A stretch of DNA of 64,000 nucleotides, taken from Macrostomum hystrix. Its lineage: Eukaryota; Animalia; Platyhelminthes. The stretch is taken from positions 1,488,001-1,552,000 of the forward strand of contig CATNEN010000030.1 in the NCBI GenBank assembly GCA_950097015.1, in the 5' to 3' direction. Positions 1 to 11,272 of the stretch are shown here, piece by piece. The notes beneath the pieces are model-generated. The model searched no databases and was not told where the DNA came from. It saw only the letters and a list, made by a program, of their open reading frames with translations. Within the stretch, counting starts at the first letter, position 1, and every line of letters starts with the position of its first letter. The translations under genes and the position numbers were made by a program.

Positions 1-2
1 CC

Positions 3-3000
3 GACCAGAACTCTCAGCTGAAGGACCTTATGCACAAAACAGAGCGCGACACCATTGAGGTTATCACGTACTTAAAGAAGCAAGATCAAGAAAAAGAGGA
101 TCTGGTAGGTTGCTTTCAATGTTTCGCACTAGTTTTTCGAAAATAGAGAATTTTCACTATGAAGCTTTCCTCGTTTTATAACACTCTTAGATTTACAAGC
201 TCAATGAGGGCATCAAGGAGATGAAGCGACAGCATCGGGATGAGAAGGCCGCCATTGTAAGCATTTAACACTGTCTTCCTTATTTTCTTAAGTAGATATA
301 TGAATGATACTTGCACGTAATATTGCATAAAAATCCGACCGAAAATAAACCTCGACTACAGATCGCCGATTTGGGCCAGCAGATCCAGAAATTGGAGGCA
401 ACCATTCAGCAGAAGAGCCAGGATGTGCAGCTGCTGCAGAATGAGCTCAAGATGGTGAAAGAGTTTCGCAAGAACCGCCAGCAGATGCAAAAGGAGCTGG
501 ATGAGGTGAGTATATAGTTTGCATCATTTAACCACGTGAGCGAAAAATATTGAGAGTTGGATAAAATTAGGATTTGGATCATAATTTTTAAATTGAGTTT
601 TTTTATTTTGGTTTCCAAAATCATGAGTTAGCGACTCAGTTTATCAAAGGCTAATGCAAGATTTAAAAAATTCTGATTAGAAATGAGAGTTTGCAACAAT
701 TTTAACTGAATAAGTTTCATAAATATTAAAACTTTCACGAACTGCACTGCCCATTTGCCACGCAGATCAAAGACTCTCTGTTTTACGCTGGCCGCGAGCA
801 CAAGGAGACGCTGGCCAAGATGGAGCAAAAATTCTTCGAAGAGAAAATGCGTCTGCAGCAGGAGGCCAATCAGAAGATTGCCGAGCTGGCCGAGAGGGCT
901 CACGCTGAAGCAATCACGTGAGCAGTCACTCTCTTGCAATCCTTGCCAATCTGGTCCTTCATGCTCTATTGCAATCCTTGCCAATCTGGTCCTTCATACT
1001 CTGTTGCAATCCTTGCCAATCTGGTCCTTCATGGTCCGTTGCAATCCTTGTCAGTCAGGTCCTTCATGGTCTCTTGCAATCCTTACCAATCAGGTCCTTC
1101 ATGGTCCGTTGCAATCCTTGTCAGTCAGGTCCTTCATGGTCTCTTGCAATCCTTACCAATCAGGTCCTTCATGGTCCGTTGCAATCCTTGTCAGTCAGGT
1201 CCTTCATGGTCTCTTGCAATCCTTACCAATCAGGTCCTTCATGGTCCGTTGCAATCCTTGTCAGTCAGGTCCTTCATGGTCTCTTGCAATCCTTACCAAT
1301 CAGGTCCTTCATGGTCCGTTGCAATCGTTGCCAATCTTGTCCTTCATGCTCTGTTGCTATCCTTGCCAATCTGGTCCTTCATACTCTGTTGCAATCGTTG
1401 CCAATCTTGTCCTTCATGCTCTGTTGCAATCCTTGCCAATCTTGTCCTTCATGCTCTGTTGCAATACTTGCCAATCAGGTCCTTCATGCTCTGTTGCAAT
1501 ACTTGCCAATCTGGTCCTTCATGCTCTGTTGCAATCGTTGCCAATCTTGTCCTTCATACTCTGTTGCAATCCTTGCCAATCTTGTCCTTCATACTCTGTT
1601 GCAATCCTTGCCAATCTGGTCCTTCATGCTCTGTTGCAATCCTTGCCAATCTGGTCCTTCATGGTCTCTTGCAATACTTGCCAATCTGGTCCTTCATGCT
1701 CTGTTGCAATCCTTGCCAATCTGGTCCTTCATACTCTGTTGCAATCGTTGCCAATCTGGTCCTTTATGCTCTGTTGCAATCCTTGCCAATCTGGTCCTTC
1801 ATATTCTGTTGCAATCGTTGCCAATCTGGTCCTTTATGCTCTGTTGCAATCCTTGCCAATCTTGTCCTTTATGGTCTTTGTTAACTTTTCCCGATCGTGT
1901 GATTTTTACAACCTCATCAATTGCTTTATCTTTTCTATACTATTCGTACGTACCCTTTTCCTCTCGACAGAAACCTGGACGAAACCACCCGCTCCGTGTA
2001 CAAGGAGAATGTTCGCCTCACCGAAGCCCTTAACTATCACATGCGCGAGGGCGACGTCTTAAAGAAGAAGAACGCCCGCCTGAAGGAGTCCAAAACGAGC
2101 CTGGCTGACGAGCTGGAGACAGCGAAGCGGCTATCCGAAGAGAAGGTGATCGAAGCGCAACGACTGCGCCGACAGCAACGCGAGGCCGAGGAGAAGATCA
2201 GCCTGCTGGAGCGATCACTCAACCATCTCGTGCGCGAGTTTGACACTGACAGGGCCGAGACCGAAGCCAGGCATAGAGCAGAACTGACCAACTCCGTGGC
2301 CGAAATTGACAAGCTGAAACGCTTGATGGAGCTGCGAAATCGGGAGACAACCAGACTGCGCCGACTGGCTAAGAATATCCTGGACCAGCGCAGCGATATG
2401 GAACGTTTCTTCCTGGAGGCTTTGGACAATGTTCGAGAGGAGATCGCCGCCAACCAGTGAGTACTGAGGCTGCTGGATTGAGAACTAAGAGATTTATTTG
2501 AGTATAGTTTGAGACCTTCTCCATTGTAGGAATCAGTCAGCTATTTGCTGATGTAGTATGTTATGCACTGATGTAGTCTGTTATGCACTGATGTAGTCTG
2601 TTATGCACTGATGTAGTATGTTATGCACTGATGCTGTCTGTTATGCACTAATGTAGTATGTTATGCACTGATGTAGTCTGTTATGCACTGATGTAGTCTG
2701 TTATGCACTAATGTAGTATGTTATGCACTGATGTAGTATGTTATGTATTGATGTAGTATGTTATGCACTGATGTAGTATGTTATGGACTGATGTAGTATG
2801 TTATGCACTGATGTAGTATGTTATGCACTGATGTAGTATGTTATGCACTGATGCTGTCTGTTATGCACTGATGTAGTATGTTATGTACTGATGTAGTCTG
2901 TTATGCACTGATGTAGTATGTTATGCACTGATGTAGTATGTTATGTATTGATGTAGTATGTTATGCAATGATGCTGTCTGTTATGCACTGATGTAGTATG

Positions 3001-6000
3001 TTATGCACTGATGTAGTATGTTATGCAATGATGCTGTCTGTTATGCACTGATGTAGTATGTTATGTATTGATGTAGTATGTTATGCAATGATGCTGTCTG
3101 TTATGCACTGGTGTAGTCTGTGTTGTATTGATGTAGTCTTCTAATCACTTATGACTTATAAATTAATTTAATTATCTTCTACTCAGTTAATATGTTATGA
3201 AATTCTTTGAAACACACCTTCACCCTTTTGCTACTTGCAGTAGACTGACCATGTGAGAAATCTTTCGGGCCAAAAAATCTGGGAAGCAAAAATCGCAGAC
3301 AACTTTTGTATTTTCTTAAGTCGCTAATTACAGTAGTCAGTTTAGTAGCTATAAGAAAGCGAATCTATTCGACACTGTCAATAGCATTTCAGTTTTCCAA
3401 ATGCCATCTGGTTCGCTCTGCATATGTGTAAAAGTAAACTTCACTCTGACCTGAACAAGGTAACCCCACTGCCCACCTGCAGCCAACCCCCAGCCCTTTA
3501 GATTCAGTTACACGCCCACGAAGACACTTCTGGTTGGCTGATTTATATCAGGACATCCGCAATACCTGGCCCGAGCCACCCCAACCCCCGCTGCATGAGT
3601 TTGTTTGCTCAAACAGGCTAGGTAGGTATAACTGGACTCTTGCACAAGACAAGTTAGTCATGTGGCCCGCCCTGATAGTTCCTTATTTGCAATTGAGCCC
3701 CAAAAAGTTACTTCGCATATGCACAAAATTATGTTAACTTCTTATAGCGATAGCCTAGCAATAATGCATGTTTGCATGTGTTATCAAGGAGTTTGCGAGT
3801 ATCTCTTCTAGGATAATGCTTTGATGCAATAAGAAATGAATAAAGGCGTCATGACTTTATTTGCCTAGGTTTTTATCTTTCCGTATCATGGATGATGACA
3901 ACTCTATATACTTGTTAGAAGCTATTAAGAAGCTTTTGAAGGTCTAAATCAAGCTCGAGTTGTTAAGTCGTGGTTTAAAAAATTAACCACCGAATCCAGG
4001 ACGAAAGGTTAATAAATAAGATAAAAATGATGTTCTTTTGCAAACAATTCATTTTTTATCTCCTACTCTGTGCCGTTTTTAGATTCGTTGATTACTCAGC
4101 CGTACAGTCTCATCCTCTCATGCCACGAAAGAATAAAAGAGACATTTTTTCTTCAAAAAGGCTCCCTGAAAAAGCTGCACCTTTAGTTTTGTGTAGCTGC
4201 GTCTCTAAGCTTGCTGAGAAGAACGTAGGCCCTATTAAATGAGCACAAAAACGGCTTCTTTTCTGCAGCATAAAAAAATCTGGTGCATTTTTGTATTATA
4301 AGCTGCTACTAAATGCCCCACCCCAACTACTATCTATTACAGCGCTTACAGTTTTGAGTCTTTAAGTACGAGAAAAAAATAAGAAAGAAAACTTTTTGGC
4401 GCGATAAACTTAGCTCCTTCTAAATATTAAATTGTGCAAAAATGCAAACATTTGAAAGCTTCGTTTTGTGTCCTTGAGAATGAACGTGCTTGCTGAGTCC
4501 CGATTGTTTGTTGTCTAGTCGGTTGTTTTGTTAATGTACATTAGATTCACCTTACTTTCACTGTACTTTCTGTCCGCAACCCTTGGGGTGGAGGGAGGAT
4601 TGGGGTGTGGTTTCGGTCTGCCCTCGCAGTGTGTAAAGGATAGACAATTTTATCGATTTTTCTCAGCTGAAACGCGACGCCCTAAATAAACGCCAACCCA
4701 TCCGCCGCGCCGCCGCCACCCACCACCCCATGTCCTTCCGTCCTTCCACTAACCGCACCACAGGGAGCACTACAAACGCGAGGCCCAGCAATTGTACAAT
4801 CAGCGCATGCTGGACGCGCACGCTGGCAAGGCCGACTATCCGCCAGTTCGCACATTCCAGAAGAGCGACCACTCTACCAACAATGTGTACACCGATTTGT
4901 CAGCCGCCGAAAAATTGTAAGCAGTAGCTTGTCTGAAGTGAAGTCTGGATCGGAAAGAATTGAATGGAAGTAGTTGGTTGAGTTAGTGTACTCTACAGTA
5001 CAAGAGTAAAACGTATCTAGTCGTCTTTTGAGCAGAAGTTACTGCATAGAATATTAAGAAACTTTGCTTTCTAATAGACCATTGTACTTCTCAAGGCTTG
5101 TTAATCTTTTTAGACGAAGTTCTCTTTTACGATCGTTAATAAGAGATAGTAATATGGCTTTTAAGAAAAAATGAAACCAGCGGCAAAGTATTTATTATAA
5201 TAGAATCAGGAATTGACAATTAATTTACTCTGCTTCAGGCTATAAAATATGCGCACTAATTTTCTCTCATTTCTAGCTTACACCAAAGCAGACGAGCTGT
5301 TGGCCTGTTAATTAACAGCCTTGTAGCAACCAAAACTGGGAGTTTAGAGGTTTCATTTGTGAAGCTGAAATTCTTTACTCAATGATACAAAATTCACATT
5401 GCCTACGATTTTCGCACTTTTAAAACGTCACATTTTAAGTCACGAATATCTCAGTTGTCCTCGGATTTGGTTTCAAATTAGTCAGGAAGAAATAAATGTT
5501 TAATTCGATTGGTAAACTAAATAAAGTTCCAACGAAAGCAGCTACACAATTATTGTTTATTCAGCAAATGAGAAACAGCCCTCACTAAGCAGTTTATTCA
5601 CAAACTAAACACTAATCTCAGTTAAATTTGTTATAAAAGTAAGCTTACTTCAGAATGTAAATAATGAAATGTTTTATTTCACTTAACCTCCCTCCGGAAG
5701 ACAAGATTCACACAAATGCGATATATATTGTTTTAACTTGTCAGAACAAGCGAAAAATTCGCGTTTATCCATTTTAAACAGTTCATTTCCCCGCATCCGC
5801 CAGCGCAGCATCTTCAGTGTAAACTCTAATTGTTATAAGTACCGCATCACTCATCTGTGAATGATTTTGTTAGTCTCGAGGCGTGATGACTCAGTAAATA
5901 ATTCAAGTTTCAGATCAATATCAGCAACCCTGAAACATAATTATTTAGATATTAGTGACTCCAGTCCGGGGTAACTTACACTAATCCGTATTAAATGCAC

Positions 6001-8376
6001 ACCGACATTGTGCCTGTTCTAGGCGTCAACAGGAAGAGGCGGAGAGACTGCGTGAGATCTGGTAATGAGCTTAGCAATTCTTTTCATTCGAGAAAGTCCC
6101 TCTTAGCCATTTTCCTTATTTCAGTCGTGTAAACATCCCGCTTGCATTATTTCGAAAGGCAGAACCCATCAAGATTTATCTGTAATTTCAGTTTTTACCC
6201 ATTTTACTAACTGCTAGAATTTTCTGAGTCACTGATGAAATACAGCACACAGAAGGATCAAGGGTAATGACTAGCACACAGAAGAACCAAGGGTAATGAC
6301 TAGCACACAGAAGGATCAAGGGTAATGACTAGCACACAGAAGAACCAAGGGTAATGACTAGCATACAGAAGAACCAGGGGTAATGACTAGCATACAGAAG
6401 AACCAGGGGTAATGACTAGCACACAGAAGAACCAAGGGTAATGACTAGCACACTGAAGGATCAAGGGTAATGACTAGCACACAGAAGAACCAAGGGTAAT
6501 GACTAGCATACAGAAGAACCAAGGGTAATGACTAGCACACAGAAGAACCAAGGGTAATGACTAGCACACAGAAGGATCAAGGGTAATGACTAGCACACAG
6601 AAGGATCAAGGGTAATGACTAGCACACAGAAGAACCAAGGGTAATGACTAGCACACAGAAGGATCAAGGGTAATGACTAGCACACTGAAGGATCAAGGGT
6701 AATGACTAGCACACAGAAGGACCAGGGGTAATGACTAGCATACAGAAGAACCAAGGGTAATGACTAGCACACAGAAGAACCAAGGGTAATGACTAGCATA
6801 CAGAAGGATCAAGGGTAATGACTAGCACACAGAAGAACCAAGGGTAATGACTAGCATACAGAAGAACCAGGGGTAATGACTAGCACACAGAAGGACCAGG
6901 GGTAATGACTAGCACACAGAAGAACCAAGGGTAATGACTAGCACACAGAAGGATCAAGGGTAATGACTAGCACACAGAAGAACCAAGGGTAATGACTAGC
7001 ACACAGAAGGATCAAGGGTAATGACTAGCACACAGAAGGACCAGGGGTAATGACTAGCACACAGAAGGATCAAGGGTAATGACTAGCACACAGAAGAACC
7101 AAGGGTAATGACTAGCACACAGAAGAACCAAGGCTATGGATGGGAACGCTGAAGGACGTTGTTAATAGCAGTGGTAATGGCCCAAGGAACGAGGTAAATG
7201 ACCAAAGTAACAAAACAGAGTGCTGAACCAGCTCCCGAAATGCACACACTATAATGCAGCCTCCTTTTTAAAATTTGTCGACAAGTCCCGTTGCTGGCAT
7301 TTTGTCAAAGCATTAACAATATTACTAACAAAACCCTTGTAGTCATGTTTCCTACAATTATAGATGATAGATATTATAATTAGAATTTTATTAGTGCCAC
7401 CTACTAGCACCGCTGGAAAGTCAAATCGACCCGCTGTTTACGTCTCCGCGAATGCGTTCGACTGTCAAAAATCCAAGCCACCCGACAGCTCGCGTCAAAA
7501 TTGCTGCTTTGGGGGATAAATTTAGATCCGATTTGCTAATTTGATATTTTTTAATCTGATACGAGCGTACAAAGCTCGCACGTTAATGGCATACACATTG
7601 CTTACTGCATGTATCTGATACTGTTTGAGAATAATCTCATGATATTACTCTTGGGAGTTGATCGTGAGATTTCAATCGTGAGAATTCAATCGTGAGATTT
7701 CAATCGTGAGATTTCAATCGTGAGATTTCAATCGTGAGATTTCAATCGTGAGATTTCAATCGTGAGATTTCAATCGTGAGATTTCAATCGTGAGATTTCA
7801 ATCGTGAGATTTCAATCGTGTTGAGACTTCTCTCGCAAGTCAATTCAAGTATGAGATTTTAGCGAACAATTAGGTACAACTTTTTTGCCAGAAGTACTTT
7901 TAAATGTGAGGATTTTCTTAAGTTAAGTATGTATTTTTGTTTTTAATTTAGCTTTTTTTGCTCAAAGCTCCTCAAAGTGCTCACACTAACGCTAATTGCA
8001 CAATACAAGTACCTATTTTACAACCTTCAAAATGCTCGGCAGCTTTCAAACCGGCGGCCGGGTTGACATCTCCGAGCTGACCTGGGAGCAGAAGGAGAAG
8101 GTCATTCGGTTTCTATTCGCCCGCATGAACGGCGCCCGGGCTCCGCCAAGGCAGCAGCAGCAGCAGCAGCAGCCGCCCACGACAGTCGACCGGCGCCTGG
8201 CTCCACTCCCGGCTATTCAGCCGAGGCCACAGGCCGCTGACTCCGGCGAGGATCTGACGCTGGAGCCACTGGACGAGGAGGACCCGGACAAGACTATTGT
8301 GGATACGCGGGCTTTCCTTACTCAACAGGAGGAGGAGAGTTCCGCTCCCTCGGCGGCTGTCGCAGCCAGCGCCTGA
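3..8376 (+). CDS. BBOF1: Basal body orientation factor 1 (CCDC176), 5'-partial spliced gene
   Basis: Phase-consistent GT-AG exons 3-104, 191-256, 362-505, 766-917, 1971-2456, 4764-4916, 8043-8376 (TGA). Translation has BBOF1 hallmarks: TERDTIEVITYLKKQDQEK, MEQKFFEEKMRLQQEA, LAKNILDQRSDMERFFLEAL, DYPPVRTF, VDISELTWEQKEKVIRFLFARMNG. The last acceptor (8043) is the least certain. A possible extra 39-nt exon lies at 6023-6061. Confidence 0.93.
927..1880. repeat. 35-bp minisatellite (~27 copies) in a BBOF1 intron, with a 70-bp dimer block at 1033-1312
   Basis: Unit CTCTGTTGCAATCCTTGCCAATCTGGTCCTTCATG. It explains the overlapping 316-435 aa ORFs in all three + frames. Confidence 0.97.
2548..3140. 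repeat. 20-bp minisatellite (~29 copies)
   Basis: Unit ATGTAGTATGTTATGCACTG with point variants. Confidence 0.97.
6243..7133. repeat. 29-bp minisatellite (~30 copies)
   Basis: Unit TAGCACACAGAAGAACCAAGGGTAATGAC with GGATC/GAACC variants. Confidence 0.97.
7660..7820. repeat. 14-bp tandem repeat (~11 copies)
   Basis: Unit TTCAATCGTGAGAT, near perfect. Confidence 0.96.
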
Positions 8377-8776
8377 CACTCGTGCTGACTAACTTTTCTT
8401 AGCTAGTAGAAACTCAACTTTAATCGACTAAACCCAAACTACTGCTCCGAACTATTGCTATCGTCCAGCATTCAACTTTGAATAAGAGGCTTACAACTAT
8501 TGTAAGAACTGTGTTTTTCCTGCCCCATCTCCCTTTCCACTTATTCTCTTTTGTATTCCAATGTCTTAGAGTTTTTTGTTAGGAAGACTGACAGACATTT
8601 TTCGTAAGCAAAACAATTCTGGGGATTTAGGTTACAATTGGGGAATTTGCCTCTTTTTGTCAGCTAATCAGAGTCGAATGATTGAAATGCTTCATAACTA
8701 GTGTGTGCTGATCAAAGCATAGCTGTGTTTTATTACCAGGTAAGCATCAGTTATGGAGTTCTTCAGGGACAACCTC

Positions 8777-9029
8777 CAAGGCACAATGAGAGTATACACT
8801 GCTAGAGTTTTGCTGCTTTATTAATAATACTAATGATTTTACTATTTACTAATTCCAGCTGGGCTGTTGGCACCATCACTTGGTGACACTAGACCCGCAG
8901 CCAGCGAGGAGGCCCATTTCGCTGGCTCCTGAGCACACACGCACACAGATACCGTACGCAGGCATACAGGTGAGTACATCTGCCCAGACTTTCTCATCGT
9001 CAGGCAGTGTACACTCTCATTGTGCCTTG
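8777..9029. repeat. Pair of 26-bp inverted repeats, probably two opposed fragments of a dispersed repeat
   Basis: 8777-8802 CAAGGCACAATGAGAGTATACACTGC is the reverse complement of 9004-9029 GCAGTGTACACTCTCATTGTGCCTTG with one mismatch. Confidence 0.85.
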
Positions 9030-9789
9030 AAGAACGTAAATTGCACGACAAGCCCCACATAGCAGCGAAATCGAGCTCAGTGACCTTGGTGCGAGAGGCA
9101 AACCCTGATAAATGGGCTAATGATGGCCTACTTTAAGCTAATGACGAAATCCTTGCTCTCTATAGCACAAGTCTTATTATTATAACATTATATCAATGAT
9201 ACGGAATAGAAATAGCATCGATTACAAAAATATACTATATTATCGCATTATTATCGCATGGCTTGTCTGTATGATAATTTCGGAACAACCAATCTGAGAA
9301 TCAACTTATCAATTTTGAACTCAATAGAATTCCTTTCAATTAATGATAGAGGATGTTATAATGAAGTGAAAAATGTCTATTGATTAATTTCTATTTCGCA
9401 ATCGACTAAATAGCGACATGATGGTCTATTATTCAAATAAATATTGGCCTTGCAACATTTTAGCGGAGGCCAATTCGTCTTTGGTAGAGACAGGATGTGC
9501 GCTTCTTGCAGCTCAGGCCTTGGAGCATAGATAGTCGCAGCCCCAATTTCAGACTGACGAGTGCAGGAGGAAGCAGAACTGGGACAGGTAGAAATATTAG
9601 ATCTTTTTGGTTCACTATTGAGATTCTAGAAGCTTCGAAGTAGCAGCTCAGACTTGACCAAAGACTGCTCAAAGTGCAACTGCATTGTCTCTGAAGAGGG
9701 TAAGTTGTTTGTATTCTCACTTTAAATATCACTTTATTCGGGCAATAGATTTATCCAGACTCATTATCCCGCTTTTCAAAATCCCAGTT

Positions 9790-10395
9790 TTAGAATCAGA
9801 ATCCCAGTTTCCGAATCCGAATCCCATTTTTCTGAATCTGAATCCCAGCTTTTGAATCAGAATCCAAGTTTCAGAATCAGAATCCAAGTTTCCGAATCCG
9901 AATCCCATTTTTCTAAATCTGAATCCCAGCTTTTGAATCAGAATCCAAGTTTCAGAATCAGAATCACAGTTTCAGAATCAGAATCACAGTTTCAGAATCC
10001 GAATCCCATTTACAGAAAGCTTCGGAATCGAAATACCAGTTACAGAATTAAAATTCCAATCCCAGCTTTAGAATCCGAATCCCAGTTTCAGTATCAGAAT
10101 CCCAGTTTCAGTATCAGAATCCCAGCTTTAGAATCCGAATCCCAGTTTCAGTATCAGAATCCCAGTTTCAGTATCAGAATCCCAGTTTCAGTATCAGAAT
10201 CCCAGCTTTAGAATCCGAATCCCAGTTTCAGTATCAGAATCCCAGTTTCAGTATCAGAATCCCAGCTTTAGAATCCGAATCCCAGTTTCAGTATCAGAAT
10301 CCCAGTTTCAGTATCAGAATCCCAGCTTTAGAATCAGAATCCCAGCTTTAGAATCCGAATCCCAGTTTCAGAATCAGCATCCAGATTCAGAATCA
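9790..10395. repeat. 20-bp minisatellite with two alternating unit types and a degenerate 5' part
   Basis: Units CCCAGTTTCAGTATCAGAAT and CCCAGCTTTAGAATCCGAAT in an AAB-like order from 10081. Confidence 0.95.
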
Positions 10396-10882
10396 GATCC
10401 TTGTTACATAATCTTAAACGCTGATTCTGAATTCGAATCCCTTTGCGAAACTTTTAAAATTCTTCTATCCTCAGCCATTGCTTGTGGCCGCATTTTACTG
10501 AGCTTGTTGAAACACCCGGACCCAGTGTAAGTCACAAGCCAGTGACAGAATACTTCATTTTACTAAACAGCCCTAGCTGCTTAGACATCCAACTGACAAT
10601 CCCAGTCTAGCTTCTTTAGTTTTATGTGCAAAACGCCCACTCGGAGAAGCTGGCACAATCACTAACATCCGCATTCCGATTTAAGCAAAGCAATAGCTAT
10701 CTAAGCAAGACTCCAAGCAAAAAACGAAGCAGCACGGAACATAAAAGTTTTGGTTAAAATACACAGAGACTGTAAAAAATTAACCCAGAATCGTCTCTCT
10801 GGATCTGAGTTTCATTCAAATTCTTTTAACTTACTCAAAGCTTCGAATTCATATTTTACTCACCCATCCTGAATGCTGCGTT

Positions 10883-11054
10883 CTAAAAATAGAATCTTAA
10901 ATCGAAACCCGCGTAGAATGCTCGGTGTGCGCACTGGGGGTCATCTGTGTACATTGAATCAGGGCTAAAAATAGATCCGAGAGCGTAGAAAGACCCCCAC
11001 CCCGACCTCCTCCCTATCTGCGGGCCCCAATTCGACGCAGGATCCGCTATTTAA
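10883..11054 (+). promoter_or_regulatory. Putative promoter of the 3CxxC gene: two MEF2-consensus sites and a TATA-like box
   Basis: CTAAAAATAG at 10883-10892 and 10965-10974; TATTTAA at 11048-11054, about 90 bp upstream of the ATG at 11143. Confidence 0.45.
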
Positions 11055-11142
11055 GGGCTCGGTGCCAGATTCGTTTCAGCTGAACGCAAACCTATGCTTT
11101 TTACAATTCTAACTTGAACTCAAGGTAGCTGGTAGCTCAACC

Positions 11143-11235
11143 ATGTCTGTGATTCCTTTCGCTCCTCACGGCCCTCAGGCCTATTTCTACCCGCCAAGGG
11201 CACACCAGCTCGATGCTAACTGGCATAATCAAAGG

Positions 11236-11272
<37 letters not shown>

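Noticed and set aside
755-2062. Long Cys/Leu-rich ORFs of 316-435 aa in three frames
   Set aside because: They are translations of the 35-bp intronic minisatellite; the real BBOF1 exons flank it with canonical splice sites.
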